A model generated the notes under the pieces. That model was not told the DNA's origin. It worked only from the letters and a program-made list of their open reading frames with translations, and searched no databases. A DNA stretch of 64,000 nt from the NCBI GenBank assembly GCA_025459265.1, contig JALOQX010000002.1, positions 1,945 to 65,944 of the forward strand, written 5' to 3'. Below, piece by piece: positions 28,394-37,469 of this stretch (its first letter is position 1; each line of letters opens with the position of its first letter). A program made the translations under genes and the position numbers. Source of the DNA: Pirellulaceae bacterium (GTDB lineage Bacteria > Planctomycetota > Planctomycetia > Pirellulales > Pirellulaceae).

Positions 28394-28503
28394 TGCTTTG
28401 TCCACGCGAAATGTTGGGGTGGCTGGGGACGAACGAAGGGAGCCCCCAGCTGTGAAAAGCTGGGGGGCGAGCTGAAGCTCGACCCCAGCCACCCCGTCCC
28501 AAG
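28391..28503. repeat. Dispersed repeat, long form (related copy at 48915..48945)
   Basis: The ends tagtgctttgtccac ... agccaccccgtcccaag match 48915..48945. The ~80 nt between them form nested hairpins: ggggtggctgggg (28416-28428) pairs with ccccagccacccc (28483-28495), and cccccagct (28443-28451) pairs with agctggggg (28458-28466). Confidence 0.75.
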
Positions 28504-28612
28504 ATCATGCCTGGACGAGGCACGAGGCGGCCGCGGGACGAAGGGCGCGCCGGCCCCAGTCGCGGTGAACCCGAGCGCGGCAGCGACCGAGCAACGCACA
28601 GGAAACGGTACC

Positions 28613-28822
28613 ATGCACGTGTCCAGTTTGTTCGCCAGTTGGGCCAGCACCCAGCTGTGGTATTCGATTCCGTTGATTGTGTCGATCAGCCTGGTGTACG
28701 GGGCCACGCGACACGAGCAGATGGGGCCGATCCTGCACCACGCCTGGCGGATGGGGAAGTGGATGGTGGGCTTCGTGCTGGTGATCATGGCCATTCTGAC
28801 GCTGGCATCGTGGGCCTGCTGA
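28613..28822 (+). CDS. Small two-TM membrane protein
   Basis: From ATG 28613 the translation is MHVSSLFASWASTQLWYSIPLIVSISLVYG...WMVGFVLVIMAILTLASW. It lies immediately upstream of trkA on the same strand. I recognise no family. Confidence 0.5.
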   Translation: MHVSSLFASWASTQLWYSIPLIVSISLVYGATRHEQMGPILHHAWRMGKWMVGFVLVIMAILTLASWAC

Positions 28823-28895
28823 ACGCTGTGTGCGGCCGAGTCCGGCGCGCCGGGGCTGGCCGCCCAGGGCACCCGAGGAGGTGCGCGGACCATTC

Positions 28896-30239
28896 ATGAG
28901 AATTCTGACTCTCGGGGGCGGAACCGTCGGGACCTGGATCGCGGACCTGCTGTGTCGCAACCGCCACAGCGTGACCGTCGTCGACATCGATCCCGTGCAC
29001 ACGCGGCGGATCAACGACGAGCTGGACGTGCGGGCGATTACGGGGTCGGCCTCCCAGTCAAGCGTGCTGTTTCAAGCGGGCGTGATGAGTGCCGATCTGT
29101 GTTTGGCCGTGACGGGCGACGACGAGGTCAATCTGGTGGCGGCCAGCATGGCCAAGGCGATGGGAGCACGCCGCACGATTGCCCGCGTGTACGCGCCGGT
29201 CTTCCGCGACCTGAGCACGTTCGACTACCAGCGGCATTTCAACATCGACCGGCTGCTGAGCCTGGAACACTTGTCGGCCACGGAGCTGGCGAGGAACATC
29301 CGCAATCCGGGCTCGGTGATCGTGGAGAACTTCGCGCGCGGCCAACTGGAGGTCCATGAGGTCATCGCCAAGGATGTCACCGCGGCCGTTGGCGTCCCGC
29401 TCAAACAGCTCGGGCTGCCCGCCGCGGTTCGCGTCGGGTCGATCTACCGGGAAGGTCGGATGTGGATTGCTGGTGCGGAAGACGCGATCCACGTGAATGA
29501 CCGGATCACGCTCATCGGCCGTCGGGAGGATATCGATGAGGTGAAGGGTCGGTTCGAACTGGGGAATGTCCCCAAGCGGAATGTCGTGATTGCCGGCGGA
29601 GGCGAGACCGGATATCACCTGGCCCGCACGCTCGAGGGCGAGCGATTCAACATCCTGCTGATGGAACAATCCCTCGAGCGTTGCGAGTTTCTCTCGAGCA
29701 ACCTGCCGCGGATCACCATCGTCCAGGCCGACGCGACGCGCCGGTCCGTCCTGGAAGAGGAACGCGTGGGGAGCGCGGACGTTTTCGTGGCCTGCACGGG
29801 CGATGACGAGAACAACATCATGGCGGGTGTCGAGGCACGCGAGATCGGAGCCCGCAAGATCATGGCCATCGTCGGTCGTCCGGACTACGCGAGCGTGGTC
29901 GGGAAGCTGGGCATTGACCTGGCGGTCAGCGAGCGCGACGTCATGGCCAAGCAGGTACTGGGCTTTCTCAACACGGGCGCGGTCGTCTCCCGCACCATTC
30001 TGCCCGGGGGCCACGTCGGCGTGTATGAGATTGAGGTGACCCAGGGCTGTCCCGCCACCGCCCACGTGCTGGCCAACCTGCGTCTTCCCCCCCAGTGCCT
30101 GATCGCCGCTGTGCTGCGGGAGGACTACGTCCAGGTTCCCGGCGCCGACGACCGGCTGCTGCCCGGCGACACCGTGGTCGCGCTGATCGAAGACGCCGCC
30201 GTGGAAGCCGCCCTCGAGTTCTTCAAACGCCGGTTTTAG
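28896..30239 (+). CDS. trkA: Trk potassium uptake system NAD-binding subunit TrkA
   Basis: It has two RCK/Rossmann modules (MRILTLGGGTVG and VVIAGGGETGYHLA), which is the typical tandem TrkA layout. Confidence 0.92.
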   Translation: MRILTLGGGTVGTWIADLLCRNRHSVTVVDIDPVHTRRINDELDVRAITGSASQSSVLFQAGVMSADLCLAVTGDDEVNLVAASMAKAMGARRTIARVYAPVFRDLSTFDYQRHFNIDRLLSLEHLSATELARNIRNPGSVIVENFARGQLEVHEVIAKDVTAAVGVPLKQLGLPAAVRVGSIYREGRMWIAGAEDAIHVNDRITLIGRREDIDEVKGRFELGNVPKRNVVIAGGGETGYHLARTLEGERFNILLMEQSLERCEFLSSNLPRITIVQADATRRSVLEEERVGSADVFVACTGDDENNIMAGVEAREIGARKIMAIVGRPDYASVVGKLGIDLAVSERDVMAKQVLGFLNTGAVVSRTILPGGHVGVYEIEVTQGCPATAHVLANLRLPPQCLIAAVLREDYVQVPGADDRLLPGDTVVALIEDAAVEAALEFFKRRF

Positions 30240-30374
30240 CTCTTGCCGCCCGCGCCATTTCGCGGTATGTACAGGCCCCGACACGGTCCCGCAGGCTCCC
30301 GGTGCGCGCGGCACAAGTCGAGGCATGGTATGGGCCAGTCCAGGCAGGACGAGGTGGACACGACCCGTGACGGG

Positions 30375-31280
30375 ATGTGTGGGTCCGCGCGCACCCGCCG
30401 CGCGGCCGGTGCCCTGCTGCTGGCCCTGACGTGCCTGTTTGCCGGCGGGTGCGCGGCGGTGCCTCAGAACACCGTGGATGAAATACTCAAACCGTCCAAC
30501 CGGCGGAACTGGAAGGCCAGCATGGCCGTCCTGCCATACGCACGGTTTCGCGACGATCAGGTCACCGTCTACAACGTACGCAACTGCACTTACCTGGATG
30601 AAGAGACCTATGTGCTCCACTATGAAGACCGCGGCTATGACCTGGACGAGCTGGAATCGGTCGACCTGATCGTCTGCCCGTTTCCGTCCACACCCCGCCT
30701 GGCCCACACGATGCTCAGCTTCGGGTTCCGCGACGGCCGCTACCTGGGTGTGTCGGTCGAAGTGCGGTTGGAGGAGGGCGAGTCCTATTCGGCCGTGGGG
30801 GGCACGATCCGGCAGTTCGAGATCATGTACGTCGTGGCGGATGAACGCGATCTGATTCAGCTACGGACCGATGTCCGCAAGACCGACGTCTACGTCTACC
30901 GCGTGCGCGCTACGCCGGAACAGGTCCGCGCCCTGTTTGTCGATGTCATGAAACGCGTCAATACGCTGCGCAAACGGCCCGAGTTCTACGATACCATCAT
31001 GAACAATTGCACCACCAACATCGTGGCGCACGTCAACCGCATCCGTCCCGGGACGATTCCCTGGCAACCGACGTCGATCCTGACGGGACTGGCCGACCGC
31101 GAAGCCTATCGCCTCGGTCTTCTGGTCGACTACGGGTCGTTCGAGGAGACCAAACGGCACGCCCACGTCAACCCACGGGCAGAACGCTACGCCAATACGC
31201 CGCAGTTCTCGGCGTGGATTCGCAGCGACCCGCAGGGCACACGCACGGTCCAGCGCGACCCTGGGTTCCTGGCGCGATGA
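30375..31280 (+). CDS. Lipoprotein resembling the DUF4105 family
   Basis: A lipobox follows ATG 30375 (LLLALTCLFAGGC). The body (NWKASMAVLPYARF..VTVYNVRN..HTMLSFGF..YLGVSVEVR) resembles DUF4105 periplasmic-domain proteins as I recall them. Confidence 0.7.
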   Translation: MCGSARTRRAAGALLLALTCLFAGGCAAVPQNTVDEILKPSNRRNWKASMAVLPYARFRDDQVTVYNVRNCTYLDEETYVLHYEDRGYDLDELESVDLIVCPFPSTPRLAHTMLSFGFRDGRYLGVSVEVRLEEGESYSAVGGTIRQFEIMYVVADERDLIQLRTDVRKTDVYVYRVRATPEQVRALFVDVMKRVNTLRKRPEFYDTIMNNCTTNIVAHVNRIRPGTIPWQPTSILTGLADREAYRLGLLVDYGSFEETKRHAHVNPRAERYANTPQFSAWIRSDPQGTRTVQRDPGFLAR

Positions 31281-31707
31281 TCATCGACGCTGGTCGCGGC
31301 GGCGCGGGCGGTCCGCCATCGACGGCCTCTCCGAGGACCCAGAGAAGGGCCGCGAGGTCCATCCTGCGGCACGGTTCGCGGACGGAAATTTAGTCCACAC
31401 GAGGGAGCCGTATTTCTCCTGGTGTGGGGGAGTGGCGACGATTACGGAATAATTCTGGATTTTTTCGATTTTTCCGGCCCGCTTCTGCCCGCAAATTGCG
31501 ATGGACTGTTGTAGAGGAAGTGTGGCGCGGCGAGCGACTCCCGCGTGCGGGAGGCTGGTCCCGGCCCGGCTCCGAGCATTGCGATAGGATTCGGCGACTG
31601 TGGTGCCCTGGGGCTACTAGTGTTGGGGCAGACGCTCACGCCTTCTTGAGCGACGCGAAACCCAGGGCACCCAGTTTCCCTCTTCGTCTGGCCGTGGACG
31701 CGGCCAG

Positions 31708-31722
31708 ACGAACGGCGGCCGT
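31708..31722. promoter_or_regulatory. Operator-like palindromic motif acgaacggcggccgt upstream of the WYL regulator gene
   Basis: This 15-mer is identical to 33690..33704. The core acggc-g-gccgt is a palindrome. It lies 28 nt upstream of GTG 31750 and directly after a 9-bp hairpin (cgtctggcc/ggccagacg). Confidence 0.3.
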
Positions 31723-31749
31723 GTCCGTCGCGCGCGAAAGGAGTCTGTC

Positions 31750-32442
31750 GTGAGCGCCCCCACTGTCCTCGCACGCCATGCGCGTGTGCTGCGGATTCTC
31801 CGCCAGTTGCAGACCGGCAGCGGGTTGAATGCGGCTGAGCTGGCCGATCAGCTCGATGTCTGCCGACGCACGGTCTTTCGCGATCTTGGGCTCTTGCGTG
31901 ATGCGGGCATCGCGTTCTATTTCGATGCCACGACGCGCTGCTACCGGCTCGCGCAGCGCGACGATCTGCTGGTCGCTCCCGAATTGGATGTCGACGAGCT
32001 GACGACGCTCATCGCGGCAGTCCGCTTGTCGATGCTTCAGGGCGTGCCGAACTGCCGATCCGTCTTGCGACAGACCACCAACAAGCTGCTGGCGCAGTCG
32101 CCTTTCCCCGTCCGCCACGGCGTGACATTGCTGGCTGGTTCGTGTTTTATCGATACGCCGGCGGACTGCTACACGCCGCACACCACGCGCGTCCTGCACC
32201 AGGTACTGCAGGCGCTGCGGCAACGCAAGTGGCTGCACCTCCACCTGAGTGGCTCTCATCCGGAAGCGCCCTTGCAGACGCGCCTGGCCATCTATCAATT
32301 GCTCGTTGACGCCCGCGCCTGGCATGTGACCGGACGCTCGTCGTACCACCGGGACGTGCGGACGTTTGACGTCCGTGACATCGCCCAAGCCGAACTGGGG
32401 GACGAAGCCTACGCGATCCCCCGCATCTACCGGACTGCCTGA
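31750..32442 (+). CDS. HTH plus WYL-domain transcriptional regulator (YafY-like)
   Basis: The N-terminal wHTH reads RVLRILRQLQTGSGLNAAELADQLDVCRRTVFRDLGLLRDAGI. The WYL-like region reads RAWHVTGRSSYHRDVRTFDVRDI. The start codon is GTG. Confidence 0.85.
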   Translation: MSAPTVLARHARVLRILRQLQTGSGLNAAELADQLDVCRRTVFRDLGLLRDAGIAFYFDATTRCYRLAQRDDLLVAPELDVDELTTLIAAVRLSMLQGVPNCRSVLRQTTNKLLAQSPFPVRHGVTLLAGSCFIDTPADCYTPHTTRVLHQVLQALRQRKWLHLHLSGSHPEAPLQTRLAIYQLLVDARAWHVTGRSSYHRDVRTFDVRDIAQAELGDEAYAIPRIYRTA

Positions 32443-32496
32443 GGATGCGATCTCGTTCCCGCGCCGCTGCCGCGCGACCTGCGCAACCGAACGACG

Positions 32497-33465
32497 TCAG
32501 CCGATGACCAGCGAAACCGTCTCCGATTGCAGTCCATCCATGTCCCAGGCGGTCGCGGTGACGATGCCCTTAGCGTTCAAGCCCAGGAAGAGAATCACCT
32601 CGAACAGGCCGTTGAAGTCCACTGCGGCGGCCCGCCCGGCGAGTATACCGCCGAGAGCGACGATGAGGCCGTCCACCGGATCGTTGTCCCGCACGTACCC
32701 GTAAAACCGCCAGACTCCCCCCTCGGCCTGCGCCGCGAAACCCTCGATGACGGGCTCACCCGTGATGGGGCCAGGCGGACCTGGGTCGCCGGGATCGTCG
32801 GGATCAACCGGTCCGCTGCCCCCGCCCGGCGTGCCTCCGCCGATTTCACCTTCCCCCAGCGGTCCCATGACGACCGAGCTGGCCGGTGGCGCGGCGAATG
32901 GCGCCGCCCCCGCCAGGTCTTCCTGCAGCGGAGAGGCAGGAATCGCCGCCGCGGAGGGCTCGGTCAGCAGGCGGCCGGTCTGGCCAGGCTCGACCAGCAT
33001 CACCGGCATGTCGACATTTGCGGCGACGTGGACCGGCTGTTGGGCATCGACGGCGTGAATAGCGACGCCGGTCACGGACTGAGCGGGAAAACTCTGCCAG
33101 GTGGTGCCCAGACTGACTTCCACCACAGCTTGCATGCGATAGTTGATCAGCTGCTGGATCGAGACCAGCGTGTCGCGCGATGCGGGCTGTACGTGTACGG
33201 TGCCATCGGCAGTCTGATACGCCACATCGCGTGCCACCTCGGCGACCGGCCGAGGGCTGGCCACGTCTGCCGGCATCATCGTCAGTTCCGCCGGCATGTC
33301 GCTAGGGACCGCATCGGCCGGGAGCACGACGTCGGGGACGGCAGACAACACGACACGCGATTCCAACGTCTCGATCCGCAAGGCACGCGGACCGCGCCGC
33401 TGTGCGGCGCAGCGCGTTTCGAACGTTCGTCGGTGAGCAGACCGGTGGCGATACGGGGACATCAC
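32497..33465 (-). CDS. Hypothetical secreted protein with N-terminal 'LESRVVLS' motif
   Basis: The N-terminus is arginine-rich and is followed by IETLESRVVLSA. There is a Gly/Pro-rich linker (GGTPGGGSGPVDPDDPGDPGPPGP) and a ~80-aa C-terminal domain. Confidence 0.65.
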   Translation of the reverse strand: MMSPYRHRSAHRRTFETRCAAQRRGPRALRIETLESRVVLSAVPDVVLPADAVPSDMPAELTMMPADVASPRPVAEVARDVAYQTADGTVHVQPASRDTLVSIQQLINYRMQAVVEVSLGTTWQSFPAQSVTGVAIHAVDAQQPVHVAANVDMPVMLVEPGQTGRLLTEPSAAAIPASPLQEDLAGAAPFAAPPASSVVMGPLGEGEIGGGTPGGGSGPVDPDDPGDPGPPGPITGEPVIEGFAAQAEGGVWRFYGYVRDNDPVDGLIVALGGILAGRAAAVDFNGLFEVILFLGLNAKGIVTATAWDMDGLQSETVSLVIG

Positions 33466-33689
33466 GAACTCCTCGCAGCTAGGAATGTATGTGAACCGAG
33501 CGCGTACCCAGTGCGCAGAACGAACCCATGCGCGTATCCGTCAGACGCGAGAAACGGCGGCAACAGTTAGCAGCGTTCCAGAACCGCTGCACGGACGGGT
33601 CGGGTAGCGAAGTGCTCGGTTCCCGCTTGCGCAGGAACAGAAACCGGCCGCACTACTTAAAGGATTTCTCGGATTCGCGCGAATGTCAA

Positions 33690-33704
33690 ACGAACGGCGG
33701 CCGT
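33690..33704. promoter_or_regulatory. Second copy of the operator-like motif acgaacggcggccgt, upstream of the 'LESR' protein gene
   Basis: It is identical to 31708..31722. Here it sits within a perfect 7-1-7 palindrome, gaacggc-g-gccgttc. A separate 12-nt perfect palindrome, attcgcgcgaat, lies at 33673..33684. Confidence 0.3.
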
Positions 33705-33814
33705 TCACCCGCGCCGGCGGCAGCCTGACATCCGTTTGGGGATAGCGCCGCGGCAGGCGCCTGGAGCCTGATCGACCGGGTGGGACCTGTCGGAATTCAC
33801 GGTCGTGCCGCGCG

Positions 33815-35980
33815 TCATCGGGTGCCCAGCGGGGGAAACCGATGGGGCATGGAGAGCCGGGGGCCGTGGTCAGACAACCCCGCCCTGGTGGTGGGGGTTT
33901 CCGGCAGTTCCGCCAAGATGGTGGCATCCAAGTCGGGCAGGACTTGACGCACTCGGGCGCGATCAACCCCCAGCTCCATGGCCTGCCGCAGATACCGCAC
34001 GACACGATCTTGCTTGGCCGCGGTCCGGTCCAGCTTCCAGTGGAGCAGCGCCGCGTCCAGCAACAGCTCGCCGTGGGGAGGGCCGGTCTGGAGGGCCAGT
34101 TCCATATCCTGGAGGGCCAGCTGGCCGGCAGACCCGGCGCTGGCAGAACGGCCGCGGCGCGCGTGGGTTAACGCTCGGTTGCGATACGCCGTCTGACACT
34201 GGGGGTCAAGTTCCACGGCGCGGGACAGGCACTCGAGCGCCGACTGGATGGCGCCGCGATGCAGGGCGTTGTAACCGCGATTGTTCCACACCGCGGCATT
34301 CTCGTATTGATAATCGTCGCAGGCCAGCGTGTAGCAGCGATCCGCCTGCAGATTCGCGCCGACACAGTCGTGGCAATACCCGAGCCACGCGAAGGTCCAG
34401 CCCTGCGGGTGGAGCTCGGAGGCAGCCTCGAAGTCCGGAATCGCGGCAGTGCAGTGGCCGGCGGCCAGCAACGCCTGACCGCGGCCGATGCGCGGCTGGT
34501 AAGCGTCGGGCGCGGCGTTGCACGCGAGTGTGAAATGCTCCACGGCCGCGTCGAAATCGCCGCGCTGGAAGGCCTGTACGCCCGCTTCGTACGCGCGCTG
34601 CGCGCGCGGCACGTAGCGCGCCAGATGCGTCGTCGCAATCCCCGCCATCAGCAGCACGCTCAGGACGCCTCCGCCGAGGAGAAACCGCCGTCGACCGGCC
34701 CACCGGACAAGCCGTCGGCGAGACGAAAGCTGGCCACGCAGCTGCGCCGCCAACACGTGCGCGGAACGCGGACGCTCAGCGGGATCAACCGCCAGACACT
34801 GGTGGACCAGCCGTGAAAGGCCGCAGTTGGCGTGCGGGTTGAGTTGGTGGAGCGGGCGGCAGCCGCACGCTTGGCGCGCAAGCAGGTCTGCGGCGGCTTC
34901 CTGCGGCGAAGCGTCGGGCGGACGGTCACCGAACGGGAGCGTGCCGGAAAGCAGTTCGTAGAGAATCACGCCGAGCGAAAACAGATCGGTGCGAGGATCC
35001 GATTCCGCGTCCTCTACCGCCTCGTCCCGCGTCATGCTCCGGAGCTGTTCGGGCGACATGTAGGGCAAGGTGCCCCCCACGAACTGGCGCTCCAATTGGA
35101 CGTCCGCCGACAGATTGAAGTCCAGGAGCATTGGGCATCCGGACGGCGTGAGCAGCACGTTGGAGGGCTTCAGGTCACGGTGGCAGACACCGGCCTGATG
35201 CGTGTGCGCCAGGGCCTCCGCCAGCTGGACGCCCAGATGCACCACACCGTCGATGTACGTCCCGCGCTGCAGGACAGGGTCGGGGAGAGCATAGGTTTCC
35301 GGGATGGACGTCACGATCGCTTCCTGCCGGGCGATCTGCAGGATGAGCCGGGCGGCCGTCGGCGGCCGGTTCTGGGCAAAACCGACGTCGAGCACGTCCA
35401 GCAGCGTCGCATGGCCCAGGTACGGCATGCACACGGCGGTGACGTGGGTGGCCGGGTCTTCGCTCACCGAATAGACCGGCACGATGCAGCGATGTGCGAG
35501 TCGGCCGAGCGTCTCGGCTTCCGCGCCGCCGTAGAGCGCCACTTTGACGACGACCAGCCGATCGCCCAACGCCGGTTGCGTGGCCAGATAGACGTGCGCA
35601 AAGGCGCCGCGCCCCAATTCGCGGACCAGTTGGAACCCCTGATACTCCGTGCCGACGGCCGGCCACGCCACCGGTTCGCACGCCAGGCTTTCCGCCAGCT
35701 GCGCATCTTCCTCGACACAGTCGTGTACCGCCAGCAGACGCGCCAGAGAACGGCGGCACGTGGGAAACCGATCGCAGAAGGACTCCAGCGACAAGGACTC
35801 GCCGGCTTCCTTGCGCAGGCAGTACTCCTCGTAGGCAAGGTCCAGCATGACGCTCTGGCGCGCGCGCAGGTCGGGAAATCGAGCGAGCACCTCGGCCGCG
35901 TCCGGCCGCCCCCCCGCCCGCCAGGTGCTGATCACCCGGTCGATGAGCGACTCGGCCGTCGAGAACGCTGACACGTCCAT
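33815..35980 (-). CDS. Ser/Thr protein kinase with one TM segment and a C-terminal TPR-repeat domain
   Basis: The motifs are G-loop GRGAFAHVY, VVVKV, CHRDLKPSNVLL, LLDFNLS (DFN in place of DFG) and YMSPEQ. A TM (FLLGGGVLSVLLMAGIATT) follows, and then TPR-like repeats. Confidence 0.9.
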   Translation of the reverse strand: MDVSAFSTAESLIDRVISTWRAGGRPDAAEVLARFPDLRARQSVMLDLAYEEYCLRKEAGESLSLESFCDRFPTCRRSLARLLAVHDCVEEDAQLAESLACEPVAWPAVGTEYQGFQLVRELGRGAFAHVYLATQPALGDRLVVVKVALYGGAEAETLGRLAHRCIVPVYSVSEDPATHVTAVCMPYLGHATLLDVLDVGFAQNRPPTAARLILQIARQEAIVTSIPETYALPDPVLQRGTYIDGVVHLGVQLAEALAHTHQAGVCHRDLKPSNVLLTPSGCPMLLDFNLSADVQLERQFVGGTLPYMSPEQLRSMTRDEAVEDAESDPRTDLFSLGVILYELLSGTLPFGDRPPDASPQEAAADLLARQACGCRPLHQLNPHANCGLSRLVHQCLAVDPAERPRSAHVLAAQLRGQLSSRRRLVRWAGRRRFLLGGGVLSVLLMAGIATTHLARYVPRAQRAYEAGVQAFQRGDFDAAVEHFTLACNAAPDAYQPRIGRGQALLAAGHCTAAIPDFEAASELHPQGWTFAWLGYCHDCVGANLQADRCYTLACDDYQYENAAVWNNRGYNALHRGAIQSALECLSRAVELDPQCQTAYRNRALTHARRGRSASAGSAGQLALQDMELALQTGPPHGELLLDAALLHWKLDRTAAKQDRVVRYLRQAMELGVDRARVRQVLPDLDATILAELPETPTTRAGLSDHGPRLSMPHRFPPLGTR

Positions 35981-36039
35981 GGCTCACCCGCGTACGTTCG
36001 GTGAATCCACTGCACCGGCACCGTCCAGCCGCAACCAGC

Positions 36040-36603
36040 TCACAGCTGGGCCAGACGCGCGATCACCTTGCGCGCCGTCCGCTCGTGGATCCCCAACTGC
36101 TGACTGATCTCCAGAAATGTCGCGCCGCCAATGCGCATCTGCAAGATGGTGCGATCACGCTCCGGCTGGTCACGCATGTACCTTTCCCACTGCTCTCGCG
36201 CCATCGCAATCTGGCTGGGCGAGGACTGTTCCGGATCCACCCGCCGCCGCACCAGTTCCGACTCGTCCAGCGATCGCTCCTGAGTCACGTTGTACTTGGA
36301 CAGCTTGATGCGGCGCCGGTATTCGACAATCACCTTGTGTCGCGCGACCGCCGCCAGGTAGCGCACCAGATCCTCGGGTTGCTGCAGATCCCACAGATTC
36401 CGCGGATTGCGGAAGACAGACGCCCACACCATCTGGACGAAATCCAGGGAGTCGAACTTGGACCGCATACGGCGGTCCAACCGACGGCGCACGACGCGTT
36501 GGACGTGCGGACCATACTCGGCGATCAGTTTCCAGACCGCTTCCGGGGAGCCGGCTCGGACCCCCGCCATGGCTGCTCGAAAGTCGTCACGCGCGTCGAC
36601 CAT
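36040..36603 (-). CDS. ECF-type RNA polymerase sigma factor
   Basis: The sigma-70 region 2 (FDSLDFVQMVWASVF) and region 4 (RTILQMRIGGATFLEISQQLGIHERTARK) are present, and the 187-aa length fits. It lies 59 nt upstream of the kinase on the same strand. Confidence 0.88.
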   Translation of the reverse strand: MVDARDDFRAAMAGVRAGSPEAVWKLIAEYGPHVQRVVRRRLDRRMRSKFDSLDFVQMVWASVFRNPRNLWDLQQPEDLVRYLAAVARHKVIVEYRRRIKLSKYNVTQERSLDESELVRRRVDPEQSSPSQIAMAREQWERYMRDQPERDRTILQMRIGGATFLEISQQLGIHERTARKVIARLAQL

Positions 36604-36725
36604 CCTCGCCCCTCGATCGCCTTGCCCACTGACAGATTAGCAGAATCCCCGTGGGAACCGCCACTTCTTGAACGTGAAAAACTCCATGCGGCAGCGGCGG
36701 AAGTCCCCGCGTTGACGCGTCGTTT

Positions 36726-36759
36726 GACCCCGGGCTATGACGTACAACGCCTGCGGCGT
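36726..36759. repeat. 34-nt direct repeat, copy 1 (partner at 37356..37389)
   Basis: gaccccgggctatgacgtacaacgcctgcggcgt compared with gaccccgggctatgatgtgcgacgccttcggcgt gives 30 of 34 identical positions. Each copy contains the small hairpin acgcc-N3-ggcgt. Confidence 0.8.
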
Positions 36760-36960
36760 GGAGACGACCGCCTGGCGGTGTTGTGCCCTGCGGTCACGGC
36801 TCCTGACCGCGAAGCGGTCATACGTCACAGCCCAGACATTGAGTTGTCGGGTCAAGTGGGCGCATGGGCCACGGCGTCGTGCGCGCGACCAGTTGTAAAA
36901 CTCGTTGGGGGCAACGCTGTGGAGCATTTTCCCTCGAGAAAACGGGGGTTTCCCTCGCCG

Positions 36961-37190
36961 AGCCGAGGTGAGCGAAGCGGTCCAGAAACTCCGCAGGGCC
37001 GCAGGCCCGGTACAACCTCTGCCGGTGGCGCAAGCCACCGGTGCGCAGGCGAATCAACAACGATCAGGCCCGAAGGGCCGACACAAGCAGGTCTGTGTCG
37101 GCCCTTCGGGCCTGAAGGAGTTCTCACCGAGCATTCGACCGGGGCCTGTCGGCCCCGGCAGAGGCTGTGCCGGGCCTTCGGCCCTCGGCT
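36961..37190. repeat. Extended imperfect palindrome (nested long-range inverted repeats) centred near 37090
   Basis: The perfect pairing 37064..37085 with 37094..37115 includes the 20-nt arm aggcccgaagggccgacaca and has an 8-nt loop. 37004..37025 pairs with 37155..37176 (20 Watson-Crick pairs, 1 G-T and 1 mismatch). 36961..36968 pairs with 37183..37190. Confidence 0.85.
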
Positions 37191-37355
37191 CAGAATGCGG
37201 TGGGATTGCACGCAGCAATGTCCGCTTCGCGGCGGTGTGCACCACCGTCCGCCCGTCGGTAGGCGAACCCCAACGGGGTCCTACTCGGCTGTACAACCCC
37301 GTTGGGGTAGTGAGCGAGGTGGCAGCTGCGCACCCGGGGTGCGCGGCTACGCCGC

Positions 37356-37389
37356 GACCCCGGGCTATGATGTGCGACGCCTTCGGCGT
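37356..37389. repeat. 34-nt direct repeat, copy 2
   Basis: See 36726..36759. Confidence 0.8.
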
Positions 37390-37469
37390 CGATGTTCAGG
37401 CCCAGGCCCTGACTTGTGTAGAACAACGAGGCGTTGACGCGGGGGAGCGTCACCTTCGTCCTACGGCCG

